Shown here: piece by piece, positions 61,826-64,000 of the stretch | Layout: each line of letters opens with the position of its first letter | How positions within the stretch are numbered: the stretch's first letter is position 1 | DNA from: Polyangia bacterium | GTDB lineage: Bacteria; Myxococcota_A; Polyangia; Fen-1088 | Length of the DNA: 64,000 bases | Direction of reading: 5' to 3' | NCBI GenBank assembly: GCA_036267635.1 | Contig: DATAVR010000139.1 | Location: 211 to 64,210, forward strand | Position numbers and translations under genes: made by a program | The notes under the pieces: model-generated | What the model was told of the DNA's origin: nothing | The model's input: only the letters and a program-made list of their open reading frames with translations | The model's database searches: none

Positions 61826-64000
61826 TATTCGTCGGTGGCGAGCGTGTAGCGCTGCTTGAAGTTCTGCCCTGGCTTCACGGTGATGCTCTCGCTGTGGTCA
61901 ATCTGCATGTCGGACCGCTTGAACGCCAGCTTGTGCTTGCCGCAGGGGATCTTGTAGTCGACGACCGGCGTGTGCTGGGTGGTGTTCTTGCCGTCGATCC
62001 AGACCTCCGACCAGGGGACGGAGTTGACCGTCATCGTGCAGTCGCCTCCCTTTTCCGGTTTGGTGTCCGGCTTGGCGCCGCTGTCATCGTCGTTGCTCGC
62101 GGTCGCATCGGCGCCGTCGTCGGCCGCCACGTCGCGTGGCTTCTTGTGCCGCGCGACATGCGGTGCGGGCGGCACCATCGCCTCTTGCGCCACCGGCGGC
62201 GGGCTGGGCGGCTCGAGGTGGGACGCTGCGTGGGGCGCTGGCCGCTCGAGGTGGGACGCCGCGTGGGGCGGCGGCGGGGGGAGCACGTCCGCCACCTCGG
62301 CGTGCGCGGGCGTCTTTCCCGACGACGCTCCCCCCGACAGCGCACCGCCCGACGGCGCTCCGCCCGACGCGGGGATCAACATGGCGTGAACCTTCTGGAT
62401 GGCGTTCGGCTCGACCTCGACGTCCTGGCGCCAGGGCTTGAAGCGATTCTCGCCCTTGATCTCCAGCACATGGTGTCCGGGCGCGATCCGGAAGGCGCGG
62501 AAGTCGGTGCGCGCCTGCTGGCCCGAGGCACCTTTGATGGCCGACCCGTCGAGCCAGACCAGGCCACCAGGCGGCTCGCTGGTCAGCTCGAAGCCGGTGT
62601 CGGGCGATGGCTCCAACGTCACCGCCAGCGACACCGGCTGGCCGGCGTGGACCGCGACGTTCTGATCGTTGCGGTCGTAACCGTCGCGCGTGACCGACAG
62701 CGTGTAGGAGCCCGGGGGACGCTCGAGCGAAACGGGGGAGTGGCTCCCCATCTTGGTGTTGTCGACCAGCACCGTCGCGTCGCCCGGCATCGTGGTGATC
62801 TCGATCCGGCCGGCCTTGTTGGTCGTCGACCAGTACCAGTAGCCACCGCCCGCGCCGGCGACCAGCAAGAGGGCCAGCGCGACCTTGAAAAAGCCGCCGC
62901 CCCCTTTCGACTTCGACCGGGAGAGCTCGTCGGAGAAGTTGCCCGCACCGAACGGCGCGGCCGCGGGAGGCGCAAAGATCTGGCGCGGCGGCGGCCGCAT
63001 CGGCATCACCGGCGGCGGCAACGGCATCGCGAGCGGCGGCGGCCCCGATGGCGCAGGCGGCATGAACGGGGCGGGCGGCGGCGCAACGACGTGGACTGGT
63101 GGGAGGTTCAGACCCGACCGGCGCAGCTGCGCGGGCGTCGTCTTGGGAGGCGGCGCGGGGGGCGTCGACAACGTCGCCAGCGGGCGGGTCGTCGATCGCA
63201 GCGGCGTCGGCGGAACGCCGGTCAGCGTCGGCCGGCGCGGCATGGGCGGCTTGGGAACCGCCACCGGCGGTGGCGTGGGGGCGCCGATGTCGTCGCGCTT
63301 CACCTTGACCGACCCCGGCTTTCGCTGCGGCTTCGGCGTCGCCAGCACCTCGGGCGGGCGCGCCTGCTCGAGGATGTCGGGGGGCGGCTCGTTGGCGACG
63401 GTCCGGTCGTCGTCCTCGAAGAAGAGATCGGCGGCGCTCTGCTCGACGGTCTTCTCCTCGGCGTTCTCGTCGGTCTTGTCGAAGATCTGCGTGTCCAGCT
63501 CTTCGTCGTCCCACCCCATCGCCGAGGGGACGTTCTTGTCTCTCTTCTTGTCGTGAGCGGCCGCCGGAGACGGCGCCGGCGGCGCCCCGGCCCGCGCGCT
63601 GGCGCCGGCCACCGCCGCGCGGCGCGAGACCTCGTTCGACGCCGCGACCGGCGGAGCGATCTGCCGGTACTGTTCGAGCTTGGCGTTGTCCTCCTCGATC
63701 TCGGCGGCGAAGGTCTTCTTCATCCAGCCGGCCAGGTCCTTGCGCGAATAGAACTCGCCGATCGAATAGAGAAACGACTGCAGGTCGTCGTGCAGATCGA
63801 TCGCGTTGCTGTAGCGGTCCTCCGGATCGCGCGCCAGCGCCTTCATCATGAGGCGCTCGAGCTCCGCCGGGATCTTCTTGTTGTAGGAAGACGGGGGGAC
63901 GATCTCGACGTTGCGGACTTTTTCCAAGGTGGAGAAGTCGGTTTCGCCCACGAACAGCCGCTCGCCGGTGAGCAGCTCATAAAGCACGATCCCCACCGCG
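61825..64000 (-). CDS. Ser/Thr protein kinase (5' end outside the window) with Pro-rich linker, TM segment and three PEGA domains
   Basis: The reading frame is open to the window edge (..AVGIVLYELLTGERLF = kinase C-lobe). TM segment FFKVALALLLVAGAGGGYWYW. PEGA-like units GRIEITTMPGDATVLVD, GFELTSEPPGGLVWLDG and CTMTVNSVPWSEVWIDG. Confidence 0.85.
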   Translation of the reverse strand, partial: AVGIVLYELLTGERLFVGETDFSTLEKVRNVEIVPPSSYNKKIPAELERLMMKALARDPEDRYSNAIDLHDDLQSFLYSIGEFYSRKDLAGWMKKTFAAEIEEDNAKLEQYRQIAPPVAASNEVSRRAAVAGASARAGAPPAPSPAAAHDKKRDKNVPSAMGWDDEELDTQIFDKTDENAEEKTVEQSAADLFFEDDDRTVANEPPPDILEQARPPEVLATPKPQRKPGSVKVKRDDIGAPTPPPVAVPKPPMPRRPTLTGVPPTPLRSTTRPLATLSTPPAPPPKTTPAQLRRSGLNLPPVHVVAPPPAPFMPPAPSGPPPLAMPLPPPVMPMRPPPRQIFAPPAAAPFGAGNFSDELSRSKSKGGGGFFKVALALLLVAGAGGGYWYWSTTNKAGRIEITTMPGDATVLVDNTKMGSHSPVSLERPPGSYTLSVTRDGYDRNDQNVAVHAGQPVSLAVTLEPSPDTGFELTSEPPGGLVWLDGSAIKGASGQQARTDFRAFRIAPGHHVLEIKGENRFKPWRQDVEVEPNAIQKVHAMLIPASGGAPSGGALSGGASSGKTPAHAEVADVLPPPPPHAASHLERPAPHAASHLEPPSPPPVAQEAMVPPAPHVARHKKPRDVAADDGADATASNDDDSGAKPDTKPEKGGDCTMTVNSVPWSEVWIDGKNTTQHTPVVDYKIPCGKHKLAFKRSDMQIDHSESITVKPGQNFKQRYTLATDE

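Noticed and set aside
1-64000. Mobile elements, prophage, tRNA/rRNA genes, defence systems
   Set aside because: No transposase, integrase, recombinase, nuclease or helicase-like translations in any frame. No long inverted or direct terminal repeats were noticed. Intergenic regions are short and lack tRNA-like cloverleaf candidates. GC content is uniform apart from short promoter-like dips.

Overview
This is a 64 kb, very GC-rich (about 70%) chromosomal segment. The gene content looks myxobacterial or deltaproteobacterial: Ser/Thr kinases with TPR and PEGA tails, an HTTM protein, many lipoproteins, and FGE and DsbA/TlpA proteins. I call about 54 protein-coding genes, densely packed and often translationally coupled through ATGA, GTGA or TTGA overlaps. 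I found no rRNA, tRNA, CRISPR array, transposase or integrase. All product calls come from recognising motifs in the supplied translations; no database search was run. Starts were re-placed by hand using signal peptides, SD-like motifs and stop/start overlaps. Hairpin coordinates are hand-counted and may be off by 1-2 nt.

The main blocks are:
- Glycan and unknown periplasmic genes (0.1-6.4 kb).
- A dehydrogenase-GMC oxidoreductase-MFS operon and a CPA2 antiporter (6.3-12.3 kb).
- A cytochrome bd locus (12.5-17 kb).
- A two-component-rich block with duplicated NarL-type regulators (22-29 kb).
- Porin, aquaporin, phosphoesterase and outer-membrane genes (29-33 kb).
- A kinase placed divergently from a five-gene envelope operon (35-42 kb).
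- A J-protein/B12-radical-SAM/oxygenase operon (42.6-45.8 kb).
- GH5, phosphoesterase and multicopper oxidase genes (46-52 kb).
- A four-domain DsbA protein with TlpA and MFS genes (53-57.6 kb).
- A methyltransferase/GT2/PEGA-kinase cluster (57.6-64 kb).

The most unusual observations are:
1. CydB is fused in-frame to a type II NADH dehydrogenase.
2. A tightly coupled operon encodes HTTM, a membrane protein, DUF4266, DUF3570 and TlpA.
3. An operon encodes a J-domain/Cys4 protein, a B12-binding radical SAM enzyme with a CX4CX2C motif, and a TIGR02466-type oxygenase.
4. A membrane-anchored protein carries four tandem DsbA domains.
5. Two adjacent export genes carry (Ile-Gly-Lys/Arg)n-encoding 9-bp tandem repeats at their 5' ends.
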